64,000 nt of DNA from Comamonadaceae bacterium (GCA_947450675.1 CANFWI010000006.1:1447-65446), one strand, 5' to 3'. Numbered from the stretch's first letter, positions 38,156 to 46,428 are shown. A program made the numbers and translations. Notes: generated from the sequence alone by a model not told the origin.

Positions 38156-38194
38156 ATGGCACTAACCGACACGTTCGCCAACCCAACGGTATAG
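38156..38194 (+). pseudogene. 12-codon stub resembling the N-terminus of a tRNA-targeting (P4/DUF4102-type) tyrosine integrase
   Basis: GGGGGG-N5-ATG, then MALTDTFANPTV-stop. MALTDT is the common integrase N-terminus. Same orientation as the tRNA and about 170 nt downstream of it. Confidence 0.4.
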
Positions 38195-38619
38195 GTATCA
38201 CGCCAGAGCTGGCCGCTAACGTGTTCGAAATTTTTGTGCAAGCCAAACGCAGCACTGACGGCGTCTTAGGCGAACTGGGCTTGGGGCTGTCCTTGGTCAA
38301 GAGCATGGTCGATGCGCACGGCGGCAAGGTCATCGCCTACAGCGAACTAGAGGCCTTGAAACAAGCCGAGCAGAAGCGGCTTGACGTTGCCATTTTGGAC
38401 ATCGGCCTACCCGACACCGACGGCTACACCCTGGCTCGCCAATTCAAAGCGATGCCGCATCAGTCAGCTGCAAAGCTGGTCGCTGTGACCGGTTACGGCA
38501 CAGCACAAAACATTTTCAGAGCCTATGAAGCGGGTTTCGATCAACACATCGTCAAGCCAATTGACTGCGACTTGCTATTAGCGGAGCTGACGGATGTTGT
38601 CGCCCTCCCTAGTCAGTAG
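38194..38619 (+). pseudogene. Remnant of a hybrid sensor histidine kinase (C-terminal part of HATPase_c fused to a receiver domain lacking its N-terminus)
   Basis: GITPELAANVFEIFVQAKRSTDGVLGELGLGLSLVKSMVDAHGGKV (G1/G2 boxes) runs directly into ...LEALKQAEQKRLDVAILDIGLPDTDGY...AVTGYG...VKP. No HisKA/H-box and no receiver beta1 acidic pair. Confidence 0.75.
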
Positions 38620-39521
38620 GTGAGGGTCAGCGTGTGGGATTGCGGCACAGGCGTGCCGGTCTGGCCCGCCTGTGCCGCGGCCATCGATCCGTTGATGTAG
38701 TGGGTCGCAGAGCCGGTAGCATTGCCTATGGCTGACACAGTGCTTGGCCCGGTATTGCTGGCAGTGCCTGCTGCAGCCAAGCTCAGACCCAAGGTGTATT
38801 GAAGTCCTGCCACCACGCCCGAGACCGGGCTTAGTGCCATGGTGTACGGTAAATAATTGGTGCAATTGGCCACGAAGCTTGTGCCAGCAAAGACGGCTGA
38901 AGAGCCGAAGGCGTTGTAGGCAAAGGTCAGGTTGCCGGGAGGCGTGCTGATGGTGCACACCGCTGGCGCGTAAAGATTAACAGCGATGGACGCAGTCGCC
39001 ATAGAGCTGCCACCGATGAGCAACGACAGACCCACGGCGTCTGTGTACAACCCTGCTGTGTAACTGCTGAGGCCCTGACTGCCTATGCACGCCCAGTAAT
39101 TAAATGTACTGGTGACGGGTACATTCACGGTCGGCATTGAAAGAGGAACGCTTATGTACGTACCGCTGTTGCTTTTCAGCCATTGGCTGCTGCAGGCGGA
39201 GTTACTGTAGAAGCTGTAGGCGATTTTGGCGCTGCCCAATTTAACAGCGCTGCCTTGTCCACTGCCGTTATTTCCGGTGTTGGCGCCAAGGTTGAGTGTG
39301 ACTGAAGATGCATCGGCAGCCAATGTTCTGGTGCAGGTCGCGCTGACCGAGCCTTGTTGCACATTGCTCGTACTGGCGACATAAGCGATATTAATCGCCG
39401 AAGGTGGCGCAATGCTGCAAGTGATCGCGGCGTGGGCCGTCAATCCGCACGCACTCAAAGCCAACATGGCCAGCAGCCTCACGATGCGTTGACGGGCTGA
39501 TGGGCGGTAAAAATGCATCAT
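38613..39521 (-). CDS. Spore-coat-U (SCPU)-domain pilus tip subunit with two tandem SCPU-like domains (CsuE position)
   Basis: Signal peptide. Two Cys-bracketed modules (ITCSIAPPSAINIAY...SATCTR and AVCTISTPPGNLTFAY...VANCTN). C-terminus HTLTLTY. The ATG at 39521 overlaps the usher stop (ATGA). Confidence 0.7.
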   Translation of the reverse strand: MMHFYRPSARQRIVRLLAMLALSACGLTAHAAITCSIAPPSAINIAYVASTSNVQQGSVSATCTRTLAADASSVTLNLGANTGNNGSGQGSAVKLGSAKIAYSFYSNSACSSQWLKSNSGTYISVPLSMPTVNVPVTSTFNYWACIGSQGLSSYTAGLYTDAVGLSLLIGGSSMATASIAVNLYAPAVCTISTPPGNLTFAYNAFGSSAVFAGTSFVANCTNYLPYTMALSPVSGVVAGLQYTLGLSLAAAGTASNTGPSTVSAIGNATGSATHYINGSMAAAQAGQTGTPVPQSHTLTLTY

Positions 39522-41920
39522 CGCTTGACTCCTTTGCATGCCAAGGGCTCGAGCCGAATGACATCTTCTTCAGACTTCGCCGGTAAGTCGACTTGCAGGC
39601 TGCATTGCTGGTCTTGCCAATGAAGCTGCACAAGGTTGTTGGTTTTTAAACCGGTCACAAAGGCCTCACCGCGGCGTGCCACATAAAAAACTTCGGCCTC
39701 ACCGCTGATGTTCACCGTCGCGCCAGCAGGTGCAGGCTCACCATCGTCCAACAAGATGCGAATCAAGGCAGCCCGACCAACCCGAGCTGGAAAGACAATC
39801 TTCACGCCGCTGCGCTGGCGTGGCACGCCCATTTTTTCGATCGTGTCGAGCTCAGCGCTGAGCGGCACTTCCGACGCGTCCAAGCGGATGGCGTTTTGTT
39901 GGTAAGGAACCAGGCGCGGCAGCAGGGCTAAGCCCTTGCTGTCTGTTCGCGTCAACATGGTGTTGCCCAGACCCACACCCACATCTGGGTAGCCCGCCAG
40001 TTCAACCAAGGCAAAGCTGTTGTCCAGTCGTTGTGATGCAAAGAGGCTGCTTTCTGCTAACACCAACGCACCCATGGCGCCCAGTCGCACGGCGGTCTGG
40101 TTGCTTGACGTGCTCAGGTCGCCATTGACCTGTCCGTAGCGTCCAAGGTAGTAAAGCCCGCCCTCCGCCCGACTGACTTCGCTTTGTCTGCCAGCCAGCA
40201 CCCGCCAGCTCACGGGCTGATCCTGATCCTGACTTCTAGAGGCGGTCAGCAGAAGATCATTCGCGTCGTCATGTTTTTGGACGGAGGCTGTGCTGATGAT
40301 CTTGTTGCCCAAAGGAATCACCAGCGTTGCGCCAAGCGCTGTGCCGCGCGGGCCCGTCAGCACTTTGCTGAGCACCACACTGAGGGTGACTCTCTCTGTG
40401 AGCTTGGTGCTGTAGTTACCCGTCGCCGTGGTGATGCGCTGCGCCGCTTGGATGGCGTTGGCGTAAGAGTTAATATTCGCAAAACCCAGGCCGAAGGAAC
40501 CGTGTGTCCGGTTCATGTAGTTCATGTTGCCCGCGAGTTGCAGCCGGGGTGCGGACGACTCCAAGCCCAGTTGTCTGAAATGCTCGCTCGCACCTTGCGC
40601 TTGAAATGAGCCGTTGGTCGTCAACCCAGATTTTTCCAGTCCCAACAACCATTGCCGACCCTTGCCTTCGGTCTGGCTGCTGGAGGCGCCCAAAGCGGCT
40701 TGACCCAAGGTTTGCCATGGCAGCGTCGTCACCATGCCGAGGCTGCCGCGGCGCAAGGCAGCGGTGGCTTCGGCTTGACCTTCCAGCGTCAGTCGGTCGC
40801 TGATGCCTCGGCGCCAAAGTCCTGCCCCAAAGCCCGCACCATAGTCACTCTCCGGGGTGCCCAGGTTTCTACGCACACGTCCGGTGGACAGGTTCCAGTC
40901 ATTGAGTCCGGGTGCCAAAAGTTTAGGGTTGGTGAAAAAGGATTGACTGATGACGGTCTCACGACCCAACAAATCGCGCACCACCAATCGGGCCTCGCCG
41001 TTGCCTGTCAGCACAGGCAAGTTTTCCAGCGCAAAAGGACCGGTCGGAACCGACGACACCTGCCGCAGCACATCGTTGACATACAACTCCACGGTTGAGG
41101 GCGCGGACGACAAGCCGTTGAGTGCGGGCTGCGGCTGGGTGACAAAGCCAGGGTTCAGCACGTAGTTACTGCCAAATTGAACGCCACCGAAATAAGTTTG
41201 CCGACCCAGCATCCCGAGGCGAGTCATGCCATCGCCCAAGCGAAGCGTTTGGTTGCTGTCTGGAAAATTCCGGACGAAGCTGGTCTCTAGCCTGGCCCAA
41301 TTTGAGGCGCCGCCCAGCGTTTGATCATTCGTCAGATTGCGGCCTGCAAAACTGTTTGTGAGAACCCCATAGTCATTTGAAAACCCAAGCTCTCCGAGCA
41401 TTCCTAAGCTGTCTAGGGACGGCGCGCTTCTCAAATAACTTCGGCTGTAGCTGACGTCATAGTTCAGAAAAGCACTCGGCATGGTCGGGTCGAGAACTAG
41501 CTTGGGGCGCCGCTCTTGCGACAGCCTTGTTGCAGCGAATGCATCAGAGGAAAAAACAAGCGCGATGGATTGATTCTCAGCGTCGATCTTGGCCTGAAAA
41601 CCAGGCACTGAAGAGATGGCAAAGTACGGGCTGCCGAACACGTTGATCGCCAAAGCATTCGCGCTGCGTTTGACCCGCCACTCGTCAAAAGCTTCTTGCG
41701 GTGCGTACAGCGTGCCAGCCCTTTCCGCAAAAACCCAAGCGCCGACTTTGGCGCCATTGACCGAGACGTCAAATGGGCGCATCAAGTCGCGACTCACTTC
41801 CGGCGTGGGTGAAATCATGGCGGTGAGCCCGGTGCTCGCGGCCTCAACAGCGCCTGCCGTTGGGCACAGTCCCACTGCGATAAACGCTGCCAGGCAGCGG
41901 TACCGTGCCGGTGTCATCAT
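39518..41920 (-). CDS. Fimbrial outer-membrane usher
   Basis: About 800 aa from the ATG at 41920, 4 nt after the chaperone stop. Signal peptide MMTPARYRCLAAFIAVGLCPTAGA. Beta-rich with a C-terminal Cys pair. Positioned between chaperone and tip subunit. Confidence 0.8.
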   Translation of the reverse strand: MMTPARYRCLAAFIAVGLCPTAGAVEAASTGLTAMISPTPEVSRDLMRPFDVSVNGAKVGAWVFAERAGTLYAPQEAFDEWRVKRSANALAINVFGSPYFAISSVPGFQAKIDAENQSIALVFSSDAFAATRLSQERRPKLVLDPTMPSAFLNYDVSYSRSYLRSAPSLDSLGMLGELGFSNDYGVLTNSFAGRNLTNDQTLGGASNWARLETSFVRNFPDSNQTLRLGDGMTRLGMLGRQTYFGGVQFGSNYVLNPGFVTQPQPALNGLSSAPSTVELYVNDVLRQVSSVPTGPFALENLPVLTGNGEARLVVRDLLGRETVISQSFFTNPKLLAPGLNDWNLSTGRVRRNLGTPESDYGAGFGAGLWRRGISDRLTLEGQAEATAALRRGSLGMVTTLPWQTLGQAALGASSSQTEGKGRQWLLGLEKSGLTTNGSFQAQGASEHFRQLGLESSAPRLQLAGNMNYMNRTHGSFGLGFANINSYANAIQAAQRITTATGNYSTKLTERVTLSVVLSKVLTGPRGTALGATLVIPLGNKIISTASVQKHDDANDLLLTASRSQDQDQPVSWRVLAGRQSEVSRAEGGLYYLGRYGQVNGDLSTSSNQTAVRLGAMGALVLAESSLFASQRLDNSFALVELAGYPDVGVGLGNTMLTRTDSKGLALLPRLVPYQQNAIRLDASEVPLSAELDTIEKMGVPRQRSGVKIVFPARVGRAALIRILLDDGEPAPAGATVNISGEAEVFYVARRGEAFVTGLKTNNLVQLHWQDQQCSLQVDLPAKSEEDVIRLEPLACKGVKR

Positions 41921-41924
41921 TCGA

Positions 41925-42695
41925 CTACTCTGGAATGGTGACGTCAAAGGTCTGTACAGCGCCGGTGTCTTGCCGCACCAGCAATTGGGCGGCCCCGGCT
42001 GGAATCCTGTCACTTGACGGTGCCAACAAATCAAAACCACGACGGATGCCGGGCAGCACATAGCCGCCAGCCTCTTTCGCTGCCAGCTGGGTACCGTCTG
42101 AACCCTTCAGCACAAAGTCAACCGGCTGCGCATAAGCGTTGCCTTGGTTTTCACAGAAGGCGCGAATGGTGTTGGTCACGCCACGTTCTGTGGTGCACAG
42201 CAATTCACGTTTTGTGCCCGGTGGTGAGATGAAGATCGGCAAAGAAAAGGCCATGGCGATTTGCAACTTCATGGCGCCTTCTGTGACTTGGGCTTCAGGG
42301 ATTTCGCGCACGATGAGCCGGTAGGTCTGTTGTTCGCCACTCTGCACAGGGCGCAACCTGGCCAAGCGCACGACTTGTCTTGAATGCGGTGGCAGCTTGA
42401 GGATCGGCGGCGAGAGGATCATGTCCTCACTCAGCTCTAGGTCATCTTGTCCATCAGGTTTTTGCTTCCAATGGTAAATATCTGCTTGCATCACCAGTTC
42501 GGTATCACCTTCATTGGTGAGCGTGATGGCTGTTGCGCGATCGCGGGCAGACATCTGAATGCGCAGTGGGGAGACAGAAAACTGTCCGGCAGCCGCCTGT
42601 GTTGTTAGAAGTATCGACATGAGTGCAGCACATGCAGACAGCGCGAGTGCGCCTGCTGCGCGCATGGGGAATGCTCGGGTGCGTAGGGAATTCAT
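41925..42695 (-). CDS. PapD-like periplasmic pilus chaperone
   Basis: 256 aa with signal peptide. SVSPLRIQM...ITLTNEGDTELVMQ and YRLIVREIP strands are typical of fimbrial chaperones. Confidence 0.8.
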   Translation of the reverse strand: MNSLRTRAFPMRAAGALALSACAALMSILLTTQAAAGQFSVSPLRIQMSARDRATAITLTNEGDTELVMQADIYHWKQKPDGQDDLELSEDMILSPPILKLPPHSRQVVRLARLRPVQSGEQQTYRLIVREIPEAQVTEGAMKLQIAMAFSLPIFISPPGTKRELLCTTERGVTNTIRAFCENQGNAYAQPVDFVLKGSDGTQLAAKEAGGYVLPGIRRGFDLLAPSSDRIPAGAAQLLVRQDTGAVQTFDVTIPE

Positions 42696-42701
42696 ACTTC
42701 G

Positions 42702-43112
42702 TTACCAACCTAAAGTGAGTTCAACGTATTCAAGGTTTGCGAGCTTGACAATTTTCCAGCCTGTGATGGTTCCGTTGTCTGTCAGGGCATCAATCTCACC
42801 AACGGTCTGCTCGCCGTTCTTGACCTGCAGCAGGTAGCGATAAGCACCACCATTGACAGATCTGAAGTTGGCAGGCCCTGCGATGCCGACAACCGCTCCG
42901 GTGGAGCAAACCACCGTGACAGTTGCGCCGTAATTGCCTGCGCCTGCACTGCTAGTGCAAAAGACGCGAACCGGAGCGGAGACCGCCCCGGTCACGCGTA
43001 TTTGCAACTCGGCCTTGGCCTGTCCTGCCTGCCCGTACACCGGGAGCAAGGCGGTGAGCGCCGCCCCAAGTGCAATTCCCACGCTCAGATAGCGGGCGAA
43101 GGCATCAGGCAT
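42702..43112 (-). CDS. Small secreted protein of unknown family (possible minor/adaptor pilin)
   Basis: 136 aa. Signal peptide MPDAFARYLSVGIALGAALTALLPVYGQA. Two Cys (VFCTSS...VVCSTG). Alternating hydrophobic N-terminal strand ELQIRVTGAV. I could not recognise a clear SCPU signature. Confidence 0.6.
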   Translation of the reverse strand: MPDAFARYLSVGIALGAALTALLPVYGQAGQAKAELQIRVTGAVSAPVRVFCTSSAGAGNYGATVTVVCSTGAVVGIAGPANFRSVNGGAYRYLLQVKNGEQTVGEIDALTDNGTITGWKIVKLANLEYVELTLGW

Positions 43113-43148
43113 TTCTGAGACCGTGTTCGTGCTGAACAGTTTGGCCGA

Positions 43149-43694
43149 TCAGTACGCGACAGTAAAGGTGCGGGTCTGTGTACCCGTGCAGTTTTCTGCG
43201 CCTGCACTTGTGGATGTACAGCCTGCTTGGTTATCCGCCATAGCGCCGGTGATGGTGTACGAGAACTCATCAGCGGTTCCCGCCGCGCCGGCATTGGCAA
43301 CCACGCCGGTGGTAGATTTACTCGCTGCAGTTGTGTTTAATGTGTACTGCAAGCCTGCGATCACACCGCCACCCGTTGTCGTTGTACCGGCTGACCCGCC
43401 GGAAGCTGTGGTACCAGTCGTATCAAAGCTAACGTTTCCCATTCCCTGAGATCGCGAGCATTGAAAAGTGATGGTGGTCGATGGACTTGGCGTTGCTGCG
43501 CTCCCAAAGGCCGTGTAGGCTCCAAAATTAATGACGTTGTTGCCGGGGCTTCCGCTGCCGCTTTTGATAACGCATGCTGGGGTAAAGGTGGTGGTTACGC
43601 TGAAGGTTGGAGCGAGTGGTGAGGCCGCTTGAGCACTGATAGCCGAAGCTAACCCTGCAGCGACAACAAGCGCTGTAACGATACGAAATTTCAT
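43149..43694 (-). CDS. Spore-coat-U (SCPU)-domain major pilin (CsuA/B position)
   Basis: The ATG at 43694 has GGAGA 6 nt upstream. Signal peptide MKFRIVTALVVAAGLASAISAQA. C..FG.Y...C pattern (PACVIKS...INFGAYTAF...TFQCSR). C-terminus RTFTVAY. Confidence 0.75.
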   Translation of the reverse strand: MKFRIVTALVVAAGLASAISAQAASPLAPTFSVTTTFTPACVIKSGSGSPGNNVINFGAYTAFGSAATPSPSTTITFQCSRSQGMGNVSFDTTGTTASGGSAGTTTTGGGVIAGLQYTLNTTAASKSTTGVVANAGAAGTADEFSYTITGAMADNQAGCTSTSAGAENCTGTQTRTFTVAY

Positions 43695-43724
43695 GAACAT
43701 TCTCCGAAAGTAAGTTAAGGGAAC

Positions 43725-43739
43725 GTAAATTTAATTTAC
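43725..43739. promoter_or_regulatory. Perfect 7-1-7 palindrome GTAAATT-T-AATTTAC upstream of the pilin gene
   Basis: Read directly. 31 nt upstream of the pilin ATG in an AT-rich intergenic region. Confidence 0.4.
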
Positions 43740-43860
43740 AACGTTTTGGCCAAAATGCCTCAACAGGTAGTTTTACGATTAATTACCTTTTTAGAAACTA
43801 ATCTCTACGGGTATGTACAGATGCGAAATAGCGTACGAGAACAATGGGAATGAATGCAAA

Positions 43861-46428
43861 TCAGGTTGTACGAACCCGACTGGTTTCACGGGCGCTACGG
43901 CCCCAATGAGCAACGGCTCTTTTGGTCAGCTGAAACACCGGCAACAGTCCTGCCCCAGCAGCAAAAGCCATCAGCCATTGACTTGGCGTCAGCACCGAAA
44001 AGCCAAACGCAGTCGCCACGACCGGCACGTTGGTAACGGCCAGCAGCGCCGCCAGCGTGGCGCCTAGCACCCACAGCGGCGTGGCCGACAAGCCCGCGAA
44101 TAGAGTGCGCCAGCCGCCGCGTCTAGAGCGTGTCGGAAATATCAGCGCCGCATTGGCTGTGACCAGCGCCACAAAGCTGGCGGTGCGCGCCACGTCTGTT
44201 GTCGCGCCCTGCACCAGCAGCCAAGCGTACAGGCCCATCACCAGCAAGACCACCCAAAGCCCTTGCAACACGGATTCAAGCACGTGACTTGCATCAATCA
44301 GCGACTCGCTGGCGCTGCGGGGGGCTTGCTGCATGAGGTCTGCATTGCCGACTTGCTCTGCCTCAAAAACGATCGAACAAGCGGGGTCAATCACCAGCTC
44401 CAAAAACGCGATGTGCAGCGGCGCCAGCACCAGCGGCAAGCCAAACATCACCGGCAGCATCGAAACACCGATGATCGGCACATGCACGGCCAAGGTGTAA
44501 ACCATGGCTTGCCGCAAATTCGCAAAAATGCGTCGCCCCAGCTGAATAGCGCCAACGATGGCGGTGAAGTCGTCTTTCAGCAAGACCAGCGAAGCCGCTT
44601 CGCGTGCGACGTCGGTGCCGCGCTGGCCCATGGCAATGCCGATGTGCGCAGCCTTGAGCGCGGGCGCGTCGTTGACGCCGTCACCCGTCATGGCCACCAC
44701 ATGGCCTGCCGCTTTGAAGGTGTCGACGAGCTTGAGTTTTTGCTGGGGCGTGACGCGGGCAAAGACATTCACACCTGCCAAATCGTCCGCCGTCATCGCA
44801 TCAATGTCAGCACCACTGAGGACGCGCGTACCGTCAATGCCGGACTGCTCGGCGATGGCCGCCGCAGTGCGCGCGTGGTCGCCGGTGATCATCACCACGC
44901 GAATGCCGGCGCGCTGACATTGCGCCACAGCAGCGGGTACTTCGGGACGCAAGGGGTCGGCCAACCCGATGAGACCGACGAACTCAAAGGCAAACGCGGC
45001 CTGCGCGTCAGGCCAACGCTCTTGGCTGCGGTGCGCGGCTTTGGCAACGCCCAACACGCGCAGGCCGCAACTGGCCATTTGCGCAGCTTGGGCCGCCACG
45101 CGTTGGCGAGTTGCCGGGGGCAACTGACACAGTTCGGCCATGGCTTCTGGCGCACCTTTGGCCGCCACCACGTCTAGCTCGCCCGAACCGTCTTGCCACA
45201 AATGCGACATCGCCAATAGCTCGGGCGACAACTCGTACTCCCGCGCCAGCGCCCATGCTGGGTGCAGGTGATCGGTGCCGCTCAAATGCAGCCCGGCAAA
45301 CTGATGCACGGCTTGCTCCATCGGGTCGTGCGGCGCGAGTTCGCTGGCCAGCACTGCGTACTCGACCAGTTCATGAAAATCTTCAGGCAACTCAAGGGTT
45401 TTGGGGAAATCAAGCACTTGATCGCCCACGCACAAGGCGGCCAGTGCCATGCGGTTTTGCGTCAAAGTGCCGGTTTTGTCGACGCAGAGCACGGTCGTGG
45501 TACCCAAGGTTTCAATGGCGTTGAGCCGTCGCGTCAGCACCTGTTGCGCTGCCAGCCTGCGCGCACCCAGCGCCAAAAACACGATCATGATGACGGGAAA
45601 TTCTTGCGGCAACAAACTCATCGCCAAGGTGATACCGGCCAACAGTGCCTGCAACCAGCCGCCGCGCAAGCCCCAAAAAAGCACCGCCAACGCCACACTC
45701 AGTGACAAGGCAATCAGCATGATTCGCTGCGTCAGCCGGCCGATGCCATCACGCAAGGGCGAGGGTTCAGCCGCAATGCCTTGCAGCGATTGCCCGATGC
45801 GGCCCAAGGCCGTTTGTCCACCGGTGGCCGTGACACGCACCAGCCCCTGACCGCGCACCACCAACGTGCCCGCCAACACCGCACTGCTGCCGGCCTGTTT
45901 GGCCACGGCCTCGGATTCGCCGGTTTGCAGCGATTCGTCGAGCGCCAGTTCGTGCGCCTGCAACACCTCACCATCGGCCGGCACGCGGTCGCCTTCAGCC
46001 AACATCATGAGGTCACCGCGCACCACGTCGCGCCCAGCAATGCGACGCGCCTGACCGTCACGGATCACCAGCGCACGCGGACTGGACAGATCGCGCAAGG
46101 CCTTCAGGGTGTTGTCGGTGCGCCGCTCTTGGCCAATGGTGATGCCCATGATCAACAGCACAAAACCAAGCAGCGCCAGTGCTTCACGCGGCTCGCCAAC
46201 AGCCAAATAAATACCACCCGACACCAGCAGCAGCACAAACATCGGCTCACGCGCCACCTCCAGCGCGATGCCCCACAGACTGCGTCCTTCATGCGGCCCG
46301 ATCTCGTTGGCTCCTTCGCTCAGGAGTCGCGCCGCAGCCGTGGTCTGGTCAAGACCGGGGTCGGTTGATTCGATCTTTTGACATATCGGGTTCATAGCGG
46401 TGTCAGACATGAAAAATGCAGTCATCAT
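43861..46428 (-). CDS. Cation-transporting P-type ATPase (P2/P3-like, Ca2+/Mg2+-type)
   Basis: TGES, DKTGTLT, MTGDGVNDAPALK. About 850 aa. Alternative ATGs at 46410 and 46395. Confidence 0.9.
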   Translation of the reverse strand: MMTAFFMSDTAMNPICQKIESTDPGLDQTTAAARLLSEGANEIGPHEGRSLWGIALEVAREPMFVLLLVSGGIYLAVGEPREALALLGFVLLIMGITIGQERRTDNTLKALRDLSSPRALVIRDGQARRIAGRDVVRGDLMMLAEGDRVPADGEVLQAHELALDESLQTGESEAVAKQAGSSAVLAGTLVVRGQGLVRVTATGGQTALGRIGQSLQGIAAEPSPLRDGIGRLTQRIMLIALSLSVALAVLFWGLRGGWLQALLAGITLAMSLLPQEFPVIMIVFLALGARRLAAQQVLTRRLNAIETLGTTTVLCVDKTGTLTQNRMALAALCVGDQVLDFPKTLELPEDFHELVEYAVLASELAPHDPMEQAVHQFAGLHLSGTDHLHPAWALAREYELSPELLAMSHLWQDGSGELDVVAAKGAPEAMAELCQLPPATRQRVAAQAAQMASCGLRVLGVAKAAHRSQERWPDAQAAFAFEFVGLIGLADPLRPEVPAAVAQCQRAGIRVVMITGDHARTAAAIAEQSGIDGTRVLSGADIDAMTADDLAGVNVFARVTPQQKLKLVDTFKAAGHVVAMTGDGVNDAPALKAAHIGIAMGQRGTDVAREAASLVLLKDDFTAIVGAIQLGRRIFANLRQAMVYTLAVHVPIIGVSMLPVMFGLPLVLAPLHIAFLELVIDPACSIVFEAEQVGNADLMQQAPRSASESLIDASHVLESVLQGLWVVLLVMGLYAWLLVQGATTDVARTASFVALVTANAALIFPTRSRRGGWRTLFAGLSATPLWVLGATLAALLAVTNVPVVATAFGFSVLTPSQWLMAFAAGAGLLPVFQLTKRAVAHWGRSARETSRVRTT

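Larger units (their letters stand above)
37989..43860. mobile_element. Putative decayed tRNA-associated genomic island (integrase remnant, kinase remnant, pilus operon); right boundary not defined
   Basis: The tRNA 3' end is followed by repeat-rich DNA, an integrase-like start codon context and truncated genes. No att repeat was found by eye. Confidence 0.3.

Noticed and set aside
38613-43694. Claiming lower GC for the pilus operon as evidence of horizontal transfer
   Set aside because: Two hand-counted 60-nt lines gave 34-35 G+C, which falls within the range I saw in housekeeping genes. I did not use composition as evidence for this block.
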